Source of the DNA: Candidatus Cloacimonadales bacterium
GTDB taxonomy: Bacteria > Cloacimonadota > Cloacimonadia > Cloacimonadales > JAFGVF01
Reading direction: 5' to 3'
NCBI GenBank assembly: GCA_963667035.1
Contig: OY762964.1
Location: 2,784,001-2,848,000 of the forward strand
DNA: 64,000 nt
Part shown: positions 38,125 to 48,418 of the stretch, piece after piece
Layout of the letters: each line of letters starts with the position of its first letter
Position numbering within the stretch: the first letter of the stretch is position 1
Notes under the pieces: generated by a model
Seen by the model: only the letters and a program-made list of their open reading frames with translations
Told to the model about the DNA's origin: nothing
Databases searched by the model: none
Position numbers and translations under genes: made by a program

Positions 38125-39459
38125 ATGAATAGTGAATTGTGGAACAACGTACTACAAAAGCTCGAAGAAAATGTTAAACCTCAAACTTACAGAACTTGGT
38201 TTAACGATTCTCAATTTGTTTCTCTTAAAGATAACTTACTAATAGTAAAAGTTCAGACTGATTTCGCAGCAAATTATCTTAACAAGAACTATGAAAAACT
38301 AATAAGGGAAATACTTACCAGTCTTTACAACGAAAAATATCAAATCAGATTTGTCAGTAAAATAGCTCAGCCTAAGAAAGAGATAGCATCAGAAAAGGCT
38401 AATGGGATTGAAATTAACAGTCCTAATCATAAGTTAAGAGATAGATACAATTTTGATGAGTTTGTTGTTGGAAAAAATAATAACTTTGCTTATTCAGCAG
38501 CATTAGGTGTTGCTGAAAACCCTGGTAGAAACTACAACCCATTGTTTATATACGGTGAATCAGGAATGGGAAAAACACATCTTATGCAAGCAATCGGTAA
38601 CTTTGCTTTGGAAAATGATCCTGAGTTAGTTATCTATTATACATCTACCGAAACCTTTACTAATGAAATGATTGAAGCTATTCAAACAAACAGCATGCAT
38701 AAATTCAGAGCTAAATATAGGAATGTTGATATACTTCTGGTAGATGATATTCACTTTCTTTCCAGAAAAGAGGGGACTCAAGAAGAATTTTTTCATACCT
38801 TCAACGCTTTATTAGATAATAAGAAACAAATAGTTTTAACAAGTGATAGACCTCCAAAAGACATTGAAGATTTGGAGAAAAGACTTGTAACTAGATTTGA
38901 GAGTGGATTGTTAGCCGACTTGAAAAGTCCTGATTTTGAAACTAGGGTTGCTATATTAAAAAAGAAAATCGAAACAGAATCATTCTTTTTACCACAAGAT
39001 GTAATATCATATATTGCTGAGAGCATTTATACAAGTGTAAGAGCTCTTGAAGGCTCCTTAGTCAGAATTATTGCTCATACTTCCTTTAATAAAATTCCTC
39101 CGGAAGAAATTACAATTGATATGGTAGGATCAGTATTATCTGATTTAATATCTCATAAAAAACAAGAGATAACTTTAGACAAAATACTAGAGACTGTTTC
39201 ACTCAAATATGGAATACCTCAACAACAACTACTCGATAAGACCAGAAAGAAAAATATTGCCTTCCCTAGACATGTAGCAATGTATCTTTCGAATATTCTT
39301 ATACCATCTTTATCTCTCAAAGAAATAGCGACTTTTTTTAAAAGAAAGGATCACACCACAGTTATTCATGCTAAGGTAAATATTGAGAGTAAATTTAAAT
39401 CAGACCCTGATTTTAGAAGCGAAATAGAGACTATAATAGCCGATATTAGAGATATTTAA
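38125..39459 (+). CDS. dnaA: Chromosomal replication initiator DnaA
   Basis: FDEFVVG, YNPLFIYGESGMGKTHL, LLVDDIHFL, QEEFFHTFN, SDRPP and KDHTTVIHA. Confidence 0.99.
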   Translation: MNSELWNNVLQKLEENVKPQTYRTWFNDSQFVSLKDNLLIVKVQTDFAANYLNKNYEKLIREILTSLYNEKYQIRFVSKIAQPKKEIASEKANGIEINSPNHKLRDRYNFDEFVVGKNNNFAYSAALGVAENPGRNYNPLFIYGESGMGKTHLMQAIGNFALENDPELVIYYTSTETFTNEMIEAIQTNSMHKFRAKYRNVDILLVDDIHFLSRKEGTQEEFFHTFNALLDNKKQIVLTSDRPPKDIEDLEKRLVTRFESGLLADLKSPDFETRVAILKKKIETESFFLPQDVISYIAESIYTSVRALEGSLVRIIAHTSFNKIPPEEITIDMVGSVLSDLISHKKQEITLDKILETVSLKYGIPQQQLLDKTRKKNIAFPRHVAMYLSNILIPSLSLKEIATFFKRKDHTTVIHAKVNIESKFKSDPDFRSEIETIIADIRDI

Positions 39460-39494
39460 AGTCTTGCATAGCATGACTTTATTTTTTTGTCTAT

Positions 39495-39730
39495 TAAGTT
39501 ATCCACAAGCTAAGAATAATTAGTGTCAATAACTGTTTATAAGTGATGAATAGAAGTTGTTATCAAAATCTATGTGGATAGATTGTGTATAAAAGTTAAG
39601 TTATCCACTGACTACTCACATTTAAGATATTAATGCAACTAATGAAAAATAAAGCTTTACAAAATTCAAATGTGACTTTTCAACAAATTCACATACCCTA
39701 CTACTACTACTGTTTTTTTTATATTAATAG
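39495..39730. other. oriC unwinding region: DnaA boxes, DnaA-trios and AT-rich tract
   Basis: TTATCCACA 39499, TGTGGATAG 39573, TGTGTATAA 39584, TTATCCACT 39601; TTTTCAACA/AATTCACA-TACC-CTACTACTACTACT-GTTTTTTTTATATTAAT at 39677-39728. Confidence 0.9.
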
Positions 39731-39741
39731 GAGAATTAATA

Positions 39742-40986
39742 ATGTATAGAATTAGGATTATTTTTAGCCTGTTAGTAATGATACTGTTCATTACTGCATG
39801 CCAAGATGATAGAAATACTCTAGGAACAGGTTTAGATACACAACTTCCCATTGTAGCAAAAACAAACATTGATTCATTATTGTACTTTAGTTATGATAGT
39901 GATTTGAATATTGTAAGCGGAGAAACCAATATTATTTGTGCAAACAATAATTCTTTAGAATCAATTATTCTTATGAATTTTTATAACATGCCCACCGAAA
40001 CTGATTCTCTCAGTGATGCAATTCTAAAAATAAGTATAATCGAAGAAAAATCAAGCTTCAATGCTGAAGATCTAAAATTGGGATTAATAAAGCGTAATTG
40101 GAGAGAAACTGCTACCTGGGAATCACCTTATCCTGATTCCACTAATTCTGTCTGGGATGTAACTTCAGATTTAGTTATTAATGGAACATATTGTACAAAT
40201 TCATTTCATGTAGATGGCGATAGTTTGGGTATTACTATACCAAAAGATTTGATAGATAATTGGGTAATTGAAGATATTAATGGCTACAATCTGGCATTAA
40301 TAATACAAGACGGTTATGTTGCAATTAAATCATCAGAGACATCTTACGGACCAAAATTAAGCTTTGATTATAAGAAAAATGATGAAACTAATAAATATAA
40401 CAGTGAATGCCTCTATGATACATATATAATAGAGAACAATAACGATAAACAAGTTTATGATAAACAGGTTTTTCTTCAGAACATCAAGCCTGTTCGAAGT
40501 TTTGTGAAATTTGATATTGAAGAAACTATACTTAGTATGAATGGCATTAACCAATCTAACTTAAATAAGCTTTTATTGAACAAAGCTGAACTAGTTTTTC
40601 ATATCGATAAAGATAATACGGAATACTATTCGGAAGAAAATGAAGATTATAATGAACTAGAAATAGATCTTCTTTGGCCAGAAAATGAGATAAATGAACC
40701 TATGGTAATCGAAAATGACGATTTAGACACAAATATCGATGATACCCCTTATCCATATTACCTTTTAAGATCATCTACCGTAGAAATAGCCGATTCTTTA
40801 GCTACAATTGATATTTCGCCTATAGTAGAAAACTATTTAAAAGGAAGAATGGCTAATCATGGTTTTGTTATGTATAACACAGAAGAAAGTGTCTTCTTTG
40901 GTAAGATTACCCTTGATGATTTCGATGTAGAAGATTCATTAAAACCATATTTAAAGATAATTTATACTATACCGGAAGAGGAATAG
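39742..40986 (+). CDS. Acidic lipoprotein, DUF4270/DNRLRE-like
   Basis: Lipobox ITAC; two similar halves ending ...DNWV..NGYNL...PKLSFDY and ...ENYL..NHGF...PYLKIIYT; AGGAG SD. Confidence 0.6.
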   Translation: MYRIRIIFSLLVMILFITACQDDRNTLGTGLDTQLPIVAKTNIDSLLYFSYDSDLNIVSGETNIICANNNSLESIILMNFYNMPTETDSLSDAILKISIIEEKSSFNAEDLKLGLIKRNWRETATWESPYPDSTNSVWDVTSDLVINGTYCTNSFHVDGDSLGITIPKDLIDNWVIEDINGYNLALIIQDGYVAIKSSETSYGPKLSFDYKKNDETNKYNSECLYDTYIIENNNDKQVYDKQVFLQNIKPVRSFVKFDIEETILSMNGINQSNLNKLLLNKAELVFHIDKDNTEYYSEENEDYNELEIDLLWPENEINEPMVIENDDLDTNIDDTPYPYYLLRSSTVEIADSLATIDISPIVENYLKGRMANHGFVMYNTEESVFFGKITLDDFDVEDSLKPYLKIIYTIPEEE

Positions 40987-40988
40987 AG

Positions 40989-41783
40989 ATGAAGAAATTC
41001 ATCGGTTTCTTTCTTCTTGTAATTCTTTTGATTGGGTGTGACAAAACAGATTCGGAAGTTATAGCCAGAGTTGGTGATAAAAAGCTAACATTAGAAGAAC
41101 TTAAATCTTTCTACAAAGATAATGAATGGGATTTTACGAGCAACGAAGAAAAAAGAAAAGTAGTTAGAGATTGGATGGATTTACAAGCTTTAGCTAACTA
41201 TGCTGACGAGATAGAACTAACTGAAGAAAAAACTGTTAGGCTTAAAATTGATTTAGCTGTAAATAAAGCAAAAGTTAATGCATTACTCTCAAGCGAAATG
41301 AACAAGATATCAATTACTGAAGATGAGCTTTTTAATTATTATAAGATACATCAAGGAGAGTACAAATCTCAAATTGATGCTTTCAAAATACAAAGGATTT
41401 TTGTTACGACAGATTCATTGTTAAATCATGTGCATACATTGCTAAAAAATAAAGAGAACTTTACTGATATAGTAAAAGAATATTCTGAAGAAAGAATAGC
41501 AGATAATGGTGGATACTATGGCTGGGTACATGAAAATGATGATGATTTGACAATGTATGAATGTGTAAAAAACTTGAAACCATATCAGTATAAGACCGTT
41601 AAAGTAAGAAATGGTTATTATATAGTAAGGTATTACAATACAAAGAAGATTGATATTGATGTTAGATATGAATCAATTAAATCTGAGTTAAAAGAAAAAC
41701 TATTAAAGGAAAAAAAAGAGAGGGTATACAATGAACTCTTAAAGTCATTGAAGAATACTTATGATATGTCTCTCTCATTTTAA
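40989..41783 (+). CDS. Parvulin-type peptidyl-prolyl isomerase lipoprotein
   Basis: Lipobox LIGC; VIARVGDKKLT; FTDIVKEYSE...NGGYYGW; GYYIVR. Confidence 0.8.
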   Translation: MKKFIGFFLLVILLIGCDKTDSEVIARVGDKKLTLEELKSFYKDNEWDFTSNEEKRKVVRDWMDLQALANYADEIELTEEKTVRLKIDLAVNKAKVNALLSSEMNKISITEDELFNYYKIHQGEYKSQIDAFKIQRIFVTTDSLLNHVHTLLKNKENFTDIVKEYSEERIADNGGYYGWVHENDDDLTMYECVKNLKPYQYKTVKVRNGYYIVRYYNTKKIDIDVRYESIKSELKEKLLKEKKERVYNELLKSLKNTYDMSLSF

Positions 41784-41796
41784 AACAGGATACAGA

Positions 41797-43053
41797 ATGA
41801 ATAAGAAAATTATTGTTATCGGATTTCTTTTAATAAGTCTATTACTTTCAGCGGAAGTAGTAGACAGAATAGTTGCTAAAGTAGGTGATGAGATCATACT
41901 TTATAGTGAAATGATAATGCAACGAGACCAAATGAAAGAAGCAAACATTTTACCTGAGAATTATACTTTAAATGACGTGCTAAATGATATGGTAGAAGCT
42001 AAGTTAATAATACAAAAAGCCAAAATGTTAGACTATAGTATCGATGAAGAACGAGTAAACTCTATGGTAGAACAAAGAATGAAAGAAATACAACGTCAAT
42101 TCGAAGCAGAGAGTAAGTTTAATCAATGGTTGCGAGAGAATAATTGGACAAAATCTGACATGAAGAAGTATTTCTATGATATGTTTAATGAACAGTTTTT
42201 AAAAGAGCAAATTATTAATAGTGAAATTAAAAATAAAACTGAGATTTCTGAACCTGAACTTGAAGAATACTTCGACAATAATAAAGACCAACTTCCTGAA
42301 AGACCTGAAATGATTGAGTTGGGAATGATAATGAGAACTATTAAGCCTAGCGAGGATACAAAAAAGAAGAAACTTCAGGAAATTAATAGAGTTATGGATT
42401 TACTCAATAATGGAGCTGATTTTGCAAGTCTTGCTAAAATAGAGAGTGAAGGTCCCAGTGCTCCAAATGGGGGAGATTTAGGATTTTTCGGTAGAGGTAT
42501 GATGGTTAAGCCATTTGAAGATGCAGCATTTGATTTACAACCAGGTCAGATTAGTAATGTAGTTGAAACAAGATTTGGATATCATATCATAAAAATGGAA
42601 GAGAATAAAGAAGATGAGATTTCTTGTAGACACATATTAAAAATTGTTGAACCTTCGCATCTTGATTCGGTTGCTACTACTCAATTGATGTTTGAAATAG
42701 TCGATAAATTGGATTCGGGAGAGAGTTTTGCAGAAATGGCAAGAACATATAGTGAGGATGATTCTTCAGCAGTTAAAGGTGGGTCAATAGGCGAATATCC
42801 TCCCGATCAGTTTCCTGAATTGTTTAAGGATGAATTGAGTAAAATTAATATAGGTGATCATACAAATGTTGTTCAAAATGGAGATATTTTATATATATTT
42901 TCAAAATTAAAATCTGTTCCTCCTAGAAAGTATAACTACTCAGAGATAAAAGAAATTCTTAAAAAGCAAGCAATGAATGAAAAGATGCAAGATATGTTAA
43001 ATGATTTTATTAAGAAGCTGAAAGAAGAGATTTATGTGGAAACGAGTTTATGA
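41797..43053 (+). CDS. surA: SurA-like periplasmic chaperone with two parvulin domains
   Basis: VDRIVAKVGDEIIL; FASLAK..SEGPSAPNGGDLGFF; ETRFGYHIIK; FAEMARTYSED..KGG; start taken at ATG 41797. Confidence 0.85.
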   Translation: MNKKIIVIGFLLISLLLSAEVVDRIVAKVGDEIILYSEMIMQRDQMKEANILPENYTLNDVLNDMVEAKLIIQKAKMLDYSIDEERVNSMVEQRMKEIQRQFEAESKFNQWLRENNWTKSDMKKYFYDMFNEQFLKEQIINSEIKNKTEISEPELEEYFDNNKDQLPERPEMIELGMIMRTIKPSEDTKKKKLQEINRVMDLLNNGADFASLAKIESEGPSAPNGGDLGFFGRGMMVKPFEDAAFDLQPGQISNVVETRFGYHIIKMEENKEDEISCRHILKIVEPSHLDSVATTQLMFEIVDKLDSGESFAEMARTYSEDDSSAVKGGSIGEYPPDQFPELFKDELSKINIGDHTNVVQNGDILYIFSKLKSVPPRKYNYSEIKEILKKQAMNEKMQDMLNDFIKKLKEEIYVETSL

Positions 43054-43559
43054 AGAGTAAAATAGCAATCCTTACTTCTACACTATTGGGATTAGGATTC
43101 ATTCCTTTTGCTCCGGGAACATTCGGAACACTTGCAACAGCTATTTGTTACTTCTTTGTAATGAAGAAGTACTCATATCAAATTCCAGATGTTTGGATTA
43201 ATTTATCCATTCTTTCTGTTGCAATTTTACTTTTCTTTTTAGGAGTTATTATTTCTTCAATAGCTGAAAAAAGATTAGGACACGATAGTGGAAAAATAGT
43301 TATTGATGAAGCTGTTGGATATTTAATTTCTATAGTTTTTTTACCTTCTGTTGTGGTAGGAAGATTATGGTTAGTTGTTATTTATACTTTTGTATTGTTC
43401 AGAGTTTTTGATATTGCAAAACCTTGGCCAATCAATAAATCACAGAACATTAAATCAGGATGGGGAATAATGATAGATGATGTTATTGCAGGTGTATATG
43501 CAAACATTTTAGCTCAAATCATTATCAGAATTTACCCGAATTTCTTTGGAATTTATTAA
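43050..43559 (+). CDS. pgpA: Phosphatidylglycerophosphatase A
   Basis: PFAPGTFGT, HDSGKIVIDE, FRVFDIAKPWPI and GIMIDDVIAG. Confidence 0.95.
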   Translation: MKSKIAILTSTLLGLGFIPFAPGTFGTLATAICYFFVMKKYSYQIPDVWINLSILSVAILLFFLGVIISSIAEKRLGHDSGKIVIDEAVGYLISIVFLPSVVVGRLWLVVIYTFVLFRVFDIAKPWPINKSQNIKSGWGIMIDDVIAGVYANILAQIIIRIYPNFFGIY

Positions 43560-43572
43560 TTAAGGAGATATA

Positions 43573-43893
43573 ATGGAATTTATATTATTACAAGCAGCAC
43601 CAGCTAATGGTCAGAATCCAATTTCTTTTCTATTGTTTATGGGAATGAGTATAGCTGTTTTTTATTTTTTATTGATTAGACCACAGCAGAAGAAGCAAAA
43701 AGAGCATCAAAAAATGATAGATGATGTTAAAGTACATGACAAGGTTGTAATATCAGGTGGAATCTATGGTAAAGTAATGACAATTAAAAACGATAAAGGA
43801 ACAATTGTTGTCGAAATAGATGAAACAAACAAAACTAAAATAGAAGTTCAGAAGACTTCAATAATAACAGTATTGTCTTCTAAAGAATCATAG
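43573..43893 (+). CDS. yajC: Preprotein translocase subunit YajC
   Basis: FYFLLIRPQQKKQKEHQ...DKVVISGGIYG. Confidence 0.95.
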   Translation: MEFILLQAAPANGQNPISFLLFMGMSIAVFYFLLIRPQQKKQKEHQKMIDDVKVHDKVVISGGIYGKVMTIKNDKGTIVVEIDETNKTKIEVQKTSIITVLSSKES

Positions 43894-43900
43894 GTGAAAA

Positions 43901-44449
43901 ATGATTAAAGCTAATCTGCTACCAATAAGAATTGTTGGTGATAAAGTATTAAAGCAAATAGCTGAACCGGTTAAGATTTTCGATGATGAGTTAAAAGAAT
44001 TTATTAGAGATCTTGTTTATACTATGTATGAGAGAGATGGTGTGGGTTTAGCTGCTCCTCAAGTTGGAAAATCAATTAGAGTATTTGCAATTGATCCATA
44101 TTGGGGTGATGGTAAATCAAAAAAGAATCCTATAGTCTTGATTAATCCTGAGATAGTATCGAAGGAAGGTGAACAAGTTTGTGAAGAAGGTTGTATCAGT
44201 GTTCCAGATATATTTGATAAAATAAATAGATTCGATGAAGTTGTTGTTCATTATCAAAATGAAGATGGGGAACAAATGGTAATTGAAGCAGAAGGTTTTA
44301 TTGCTGATGTATTGCAACATGAGAATGATCATTTGGATGGTATCTTATTCATAGATAAACTCAGCAAAATAAAACTTTTACCACATGTACCAAAACTGAG
44401 AAAGCTAAAAGCTTCTGTGGATAAGAATGGAGAAAACATTAAATATTAA
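43901..44449 (+). CDS. def: Peptide deformylase
   Basis: GVGLAAPQVG, EGCISVP and QHENDHLDG. Confidence 0.97.
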   Translation: MIKANLLPIRIVGDKVLKQIAEPVKIFDDELKEFIRDLVYTMYERDGVGLAAPQVGKSIRVFAIDPYWGDGKSKKNPIVLINPEIVSKEGEQVCEEGCISVPDIFDKINRFDEVVVHYQNEDGEQMVIEAEGFIADVLQHENDHLDGILFIDKLSKIKLLPHVPKLRKLKASVDKNGENIKY

Positions 44450-45392
44450 TCGAATAGAGAACATCATTTTTATGGGTACGTCTGACTTTGCCGTACCCGT
44501 TTTTTTAAAGCTTGTTAATTCAAAGAATAAGCCAAAACTTCTAATTACTCAACCAGATAGAAGAAGTGGAAGGAAAAAGAATAAAACTCCTGAATTGATT
44601 AAAATTGCTAATGAAAGAAATATTCCTGTTTATCAGCCTGAAGATGTAAATGTAAATGAATCAATAGATTATATTAGTTTATTTAAACCTGATTTAATTG
44701 TAACAGCTAGTTATGGGGCAATTCTTAAAAAGAGGGTCAGACACATAGCTAAGTTTGGATGTTACAACATACATCCCTCATTACTACCTAAATATAGAGG
44801 GGCTACTCCTGTAAATGCTCCATTACTTAATGGAGATACTAAAACAGGAGTTACCATTTTTTTAATGAAAGCAAAGATGGATACAGGACCAATTCTGATT
44901 CAGGAAGAGTTTGATATTGATGAAAATGATTGTTATACTATTCTTCAGTTAAAGCTGGCAGAGATTAGTGGAGATTTGTTACAAAGAGCAATTGATATGC
45001 TTAAAAAAGGGACTTTTCATTTAGTACAACAAAATCATTCAATAGCAACTTATACAAAAAAAATAACAAAAGAAGATGTAATCATTAACTGGGATAATAC
45101 TGCAGAAGAGTTAATTAGGAAGATTAGAGCTTATGCTGTAAATCCTGGTCTTAAAGCAAAAGTTAAGGATAAGGAAGTTAAAATATTATCGGCATACAAA
45201 GGTGATAAATTTTCTGATGCTAAATCAGGGACAATAGTAAATGTAGTTAAAAATATAGGATTTGAAGTTGTCTCCGGATTTAATGAAACTATCATCATTA
45301 CTGAAGTGCAACCTGCAGGTAAGAAAGTTATGAATTGCTACGAATTTAATCTTGGAGCACGGTTGAAGATAGGGGATAGGTTTGACAGTTAG
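44427..45392 (+). CDS. fmt: Methionyl-tRNA formyltransferase
   Basis: FMGTSDFA, TQPDR, NIHPSLLPKYRGATP, MDTGPI and VQPAGKK; follows def. Confidence 0.96.
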   Translation: MEKTLNINRIENIIFMGTSDFAVPVFLKLVNSKNKPKLLITQPDRRSGRKKNKTPELIKIANERNIPVYQPEDVNVNESIDYISLFKPDLIVTASYGAILKKRVRHIAKFGCYNIHPSLLPKYRGATPVNAPLLNGDTKTGVTIFLMKAKMDTGPILIQEEFDIDENDCYTILQLKLAEISGDLLQRAIDMLKKGTFHLVQQNHSIATYTKKITKEDVIINWDNTAEELIRKIRAYAVNPGLKAKVKDKEVKILSAYKGDKFSDAKSGTIVNVVKNIGFEVVSGFNETIIITEVQPAGKKVMNCYEFNLGARLKIGDRFDS

Positions 45393-46059
45393 TTTTATCT
45401 ACTATACTGTTATAGTGGATACGATAATTACTCTACTAATCTTTATTTTCTCAATGATAAATTCGAATTTCTACATTGCTTTAATTATATTTGTGGTTTT
45501 ACTAGTGCTTAAATATTTAATTTCATTTAATATAAAGAGATTTATAAACACTAATCGATTGATATTGATTCAATACTTAAATTTACTTTCAATACCTACT
45601 CAATTTGGGATTGTGAATAAAAGGAAATTAAGATTTGCTTTTATTAAAGCAAACAATGCTATCATTGAGAAAGTTGATGCAATTGATAGAAATGAGTTAG
45701 TAGTTTTATTACCTCATTGTCTGCAAAGGACGAGTTGTTCTATAAGAATAACCAATAGTATTGATAATTGCAAAGAATGTGGAAATTGTATAATCGGAGA
45801 TATTAAGAAAGTTGCGAGTAAATACAATGTAAAATCATTTGTAGTAACTGGTGGAACACTTGCAAGAAGTATAGTATCAGAATTAAAACCAAAATTGTTA
45901 ATTGCTGTTGCATGTGAGAAAGATTTGGTAGAAGGTATAAAAGAAGTGTATCCTTTTAGAGTTTATGGCATTATTAATTTGAGACCGGAAGGTCCATGTA
46001 GGAATACTTTAATAGATATTGATGAGTTTCAGAAATCATTGAATAGACTAATAAAATAG
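45382..46059 (+). CDS. DUF116 domain membrane protein
   Basis: LLPHCLQ..C...CKECGNC, VTGGTLAR, AVACEKDL and GPCRNT. Confidence 0.85.
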   Translation: MTVSFIYYTVIVDTIITLLIFIFSMINSNFYIALIIFVVLLVLKYLISFNIKRFINTNRLILIQYLNLLSIPTQFGIVNKRKLRFAFIKANNAIIEKVDAIDRNELVVLLPHCLQRTSCSIRITNSIDNCKECGNCIIGDIKKVASKYNVKSFVVTGGTLARSIVSELKPKLLIAVACEKDLVEGIKEVYPFRVYGIINLRPEGPCRNTLIDIDEFQKSLNRLIK

Positions 46060-46150
46060 GGTTATTTTGCCTTATTAGCATGAACTGAGTATATTTCTTG
46101 GGTAATACTATTATAAGTAAAATATACACCTTTCTTGATTTGGAGGAAAA

Positions 46151-47260
46151 ATGAAGATTAGAATTATTGTACTAATAATTGTAACAGTATTTACAGTAAA
46201 CATATTTTCATCAGAAATGTTTCTTTATAGAGATAGTAATGCATCTGATAGCAATAATATAGATGTTCAAAGAAATAATGCTGTAACTCATGCGGTTCAG
46301 AAAATAGAACCAGCAGTTGTAAGTGTTAATGTTATTAAAACAGAAATAGTTAGGAAAAGAAATCCTTTTGCGAATCCTTTTTTTGATGCATATCCATTTA
46401 TAAAAACTGCTCGACAAGTTAAAAGCTTAGGTTCGGGAGTTATTATAAATCCTGATGGATACATAATTACTAATGCTCATGTAGTAGAGGGTGCAACCCA
46501 AATTAAAGTTACCACACAGAGTAATGATATTTATGAAAGTGAGATAATAGGAATTGATTCTGAACATGATATTGCTGTTTTGAAAATAGATGGAAAAGAT
46601 ATTAATTTTGCATATTGTGGAGATTCATCCGATTTAATCATTGGTGAGTGGGTAATAGCAGTAGGAAATCCATATGGATTTCTGATGCCTGATTCTAAGC
46701 CAAGTGTATCAGTAGGTGTTATTTCAGCTGCAAATCGAAATTTCGGAGGTAGGGATGATCAGAAAGTATATAAGGGAATGATTCAAACTGATGCAGCAAT
46801 TAATCCTGGAAATAGTGGAGGACCTCTTGTAAATGTATATGGAGAGATTATAGGAATTAATAGTTTTATTTTCTCTGAATCAGGTGGGAGTGTAGGAATT
46901 GGTTTTGCTATACCGATAAATCGTGTGAAAAAAATAGTTTCGGAGCTAGTTGAGCATGGTAGAATAAGACAAGTAGAATATGGTTTTAGAGTTCAAGACA
47001 TGAGTAAATCAATTGCACAGTATTTGAATATAGATGATATGCAAGGTGTACTTGTTTACGAGATAGATAAGACTGGACCTGCTGCGAAAATGGGATTACA
47101 ATTAAAAGATATAATCGTAAGAATTAATAATACTCCAATTTATAGTACAGACGACATAGATTTAGCTATAACAGATATCTTTGTGGACGATTTAGTGGAA
47201 TTTGAGATTGTTAGAAATGGGAAGAAGAAAACAATACTAATGAAAGCAAAAACTAAGTAA
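46151..47260 (+). CDS. htrA: HtrA/DegP-family serine protease with one PDZ domain
   Basis: GSGVII, TNAHVV, DIAVLK, IQTDAAINPGNSGGPL and a C-terminal PDZ. Confidence 0.93.
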   Translation: MKIRIIVLIIVTVFTVNIFSSEMFLYRDSNASDSNNIDVQRNNAVTHAVQKIEPAVVSVNVIKTEIVRKRNPFANPFFDAYPFIKTARQVKSLGSGVIINPDGYIITNAHVVEGATQIKVTTQSNDIYESEIIGIDSEHDIAVLKIDGKDINFAYCGDSSDLIIGEWVIAVGNPYGFLMPDSKPSVSVGVISAANRNFGGRDDQKVYKGMIQTDAAINPGNSGGPLVNVYGEIIGINSFIFSESGGSVGIGFAIPINRVKKIVSELVEHGRIRQVEYGFRVQDMSKSIAQYLNIDDMQGVLVYEIDKTGPAAKMGLQLKDIIVRINNTPIYSTDDIDLAITDIFVDDLVEFEIVRNGKKKTILMKAKTK

Positions 47261-47261
47261 T

Positions 47262-47939
47262 TTACAATAGATTTTCTCCTGCAAAACTAGTATAATTGTC
47301 GTTAGTAATAATGAAGTGATCCAACACTCTGATATTGAAATATGATGCAGCTTTCTTTATTTTGATAGTTATATCAATATCTGATTGAGAAGGTTTTGTA
47401 GAACCTCCAGGGTGATTGTGTACTAAAATTATCCCAGATGAACCGTAATCAAGACATTGCTTGATAATATTTCTAACGTATACTTTAGCTTCATTAACAG
47501 TACCTTTTGAAATAGAGTTTATTCTTTGTATAATATTAGAGTTGTTTAAGAATATTACTAAAAACTCTTCGTTACTTTTGCCTTTAAGATATGTGTTTAA
47601 ATAGTCAATAACTTGTTTAATTGATGTAAGACCATCTTGATTTAGAATAGTTTCTTTTTTAAGGTAAGTACTAACATCTTTGAATAGTTTAATTTGAATA
47701 GCACACTTTTCACCAATACCTTTGACTCTGCATAGATCTTCAACATTAGCATTCATTATAGCATTTAAGGAACTGTATTTGTCTAATAAATCTTTGGCAA
47801 TTGAGTAAGTGTTTGTTCTTTGAATTGATGTGTTTAAAATTAACTCTAATACTTCATAATCAAGGAATCCGCTAATCCCAGATAATAAATAGCGGTCACG
47901 TAACCTTTTACGATGACCGCTATAATCTTTTATATCCAT
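47262..47939 (-). CDS. radC: RadC (UPF0758, JAB domain) protein
   Basis: GHRKRLR, HhH KGIGE, EEF, HNHPGG..PSQSD and LDHFII. Confidence 0.93.
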   Translation of the reverse strand: MDIKDYSGHRKRLRDRYLLSGISGFLDYEVLELILNTSIQRTNTYSIAKDLLDKYSSLNAIMNANVEDLCRVKGIGEKCAIQIKLFKDVSTYLKKETILNQDGLTSIKQVIDYLNTYLKGKSNEEFLVIFLNNSNIIQRINSISKGTVNEAKVYVRNIIKQCLDYGSSGIILVHNHPGGSTKPSQSDIDITIKIKKAASYFNIRVLDHFIITNDNYTSFAGENLL

Positions 47940-47942
47940 AAT

Positions 47943-47958
47943 TGTTCCACGTGGAACT
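47943..47958. promoter_or_regulatory. parS site
   Basis: TGTTCCACGTGGAACT, a near-perfect parS palindrome about 8 kb from oriC. Confidence 0.8.
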
Positions 47959-48407
47959 TAACTTGATTGTTGAATTCTGAATTCCAGCAATCGTTTTGCA
48001 ACTGATTCGTCAAACAGACCAATTATCTCTGCAGCTAAGATAACTGCATTTTTAGTCCCATTAATAGCAACTGTTGCAACTGGAATACCTGTTGGCATTT
48101 GAACTATACTGTATAAGGCATCTTCTCCGGATAAAGTTGCACCCATTAAAGGAACACCAATAACCGGAAGGTGAGTATAAGCAGCAATGACTCCTGGTAG
48201 ATGAGCAGCCATACCGGCTGCAGCGATGATTACTTTTATCCCTTCTGATAGTGCACTTTCTACTAACTGTTTAGTTTTAGCAGGATTACGATGAGCAGAT
48301 GAAATGTGAAAATCATGTTCAATACCAAATTTATCAAAGTATTCTACCATTGGTTCATAGTATTTCAAATCTGATTTGCTACCGAAGATTACTCTAACTT
48401 TATTCAT
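47958..48407 (-). CDS. purE: N5-carboxyaminoimidazole ribonucleotide mutase
   Basis: GSKSD, SAHRNP, AGMAAHLPG, PVIGVP and SIVQMPTGIPVATV. Confidence 0.97.
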   Translation of the reverse strand: MNKVRVIFGSKSDLKYYEPMVEYFDKFGIEHDFHISSAHRNPAKTKQLVESALSEGIKVIIAAAGMAAHLPGVIAAYTHLPVIGVPLMGATLSGEDALYSIVQMPTGIPVATVAINGTKNAVILAAEIIGLFDESVAKRLLEFRIQQSS

Positions 48408-48418
48408 AATGGTCCATC

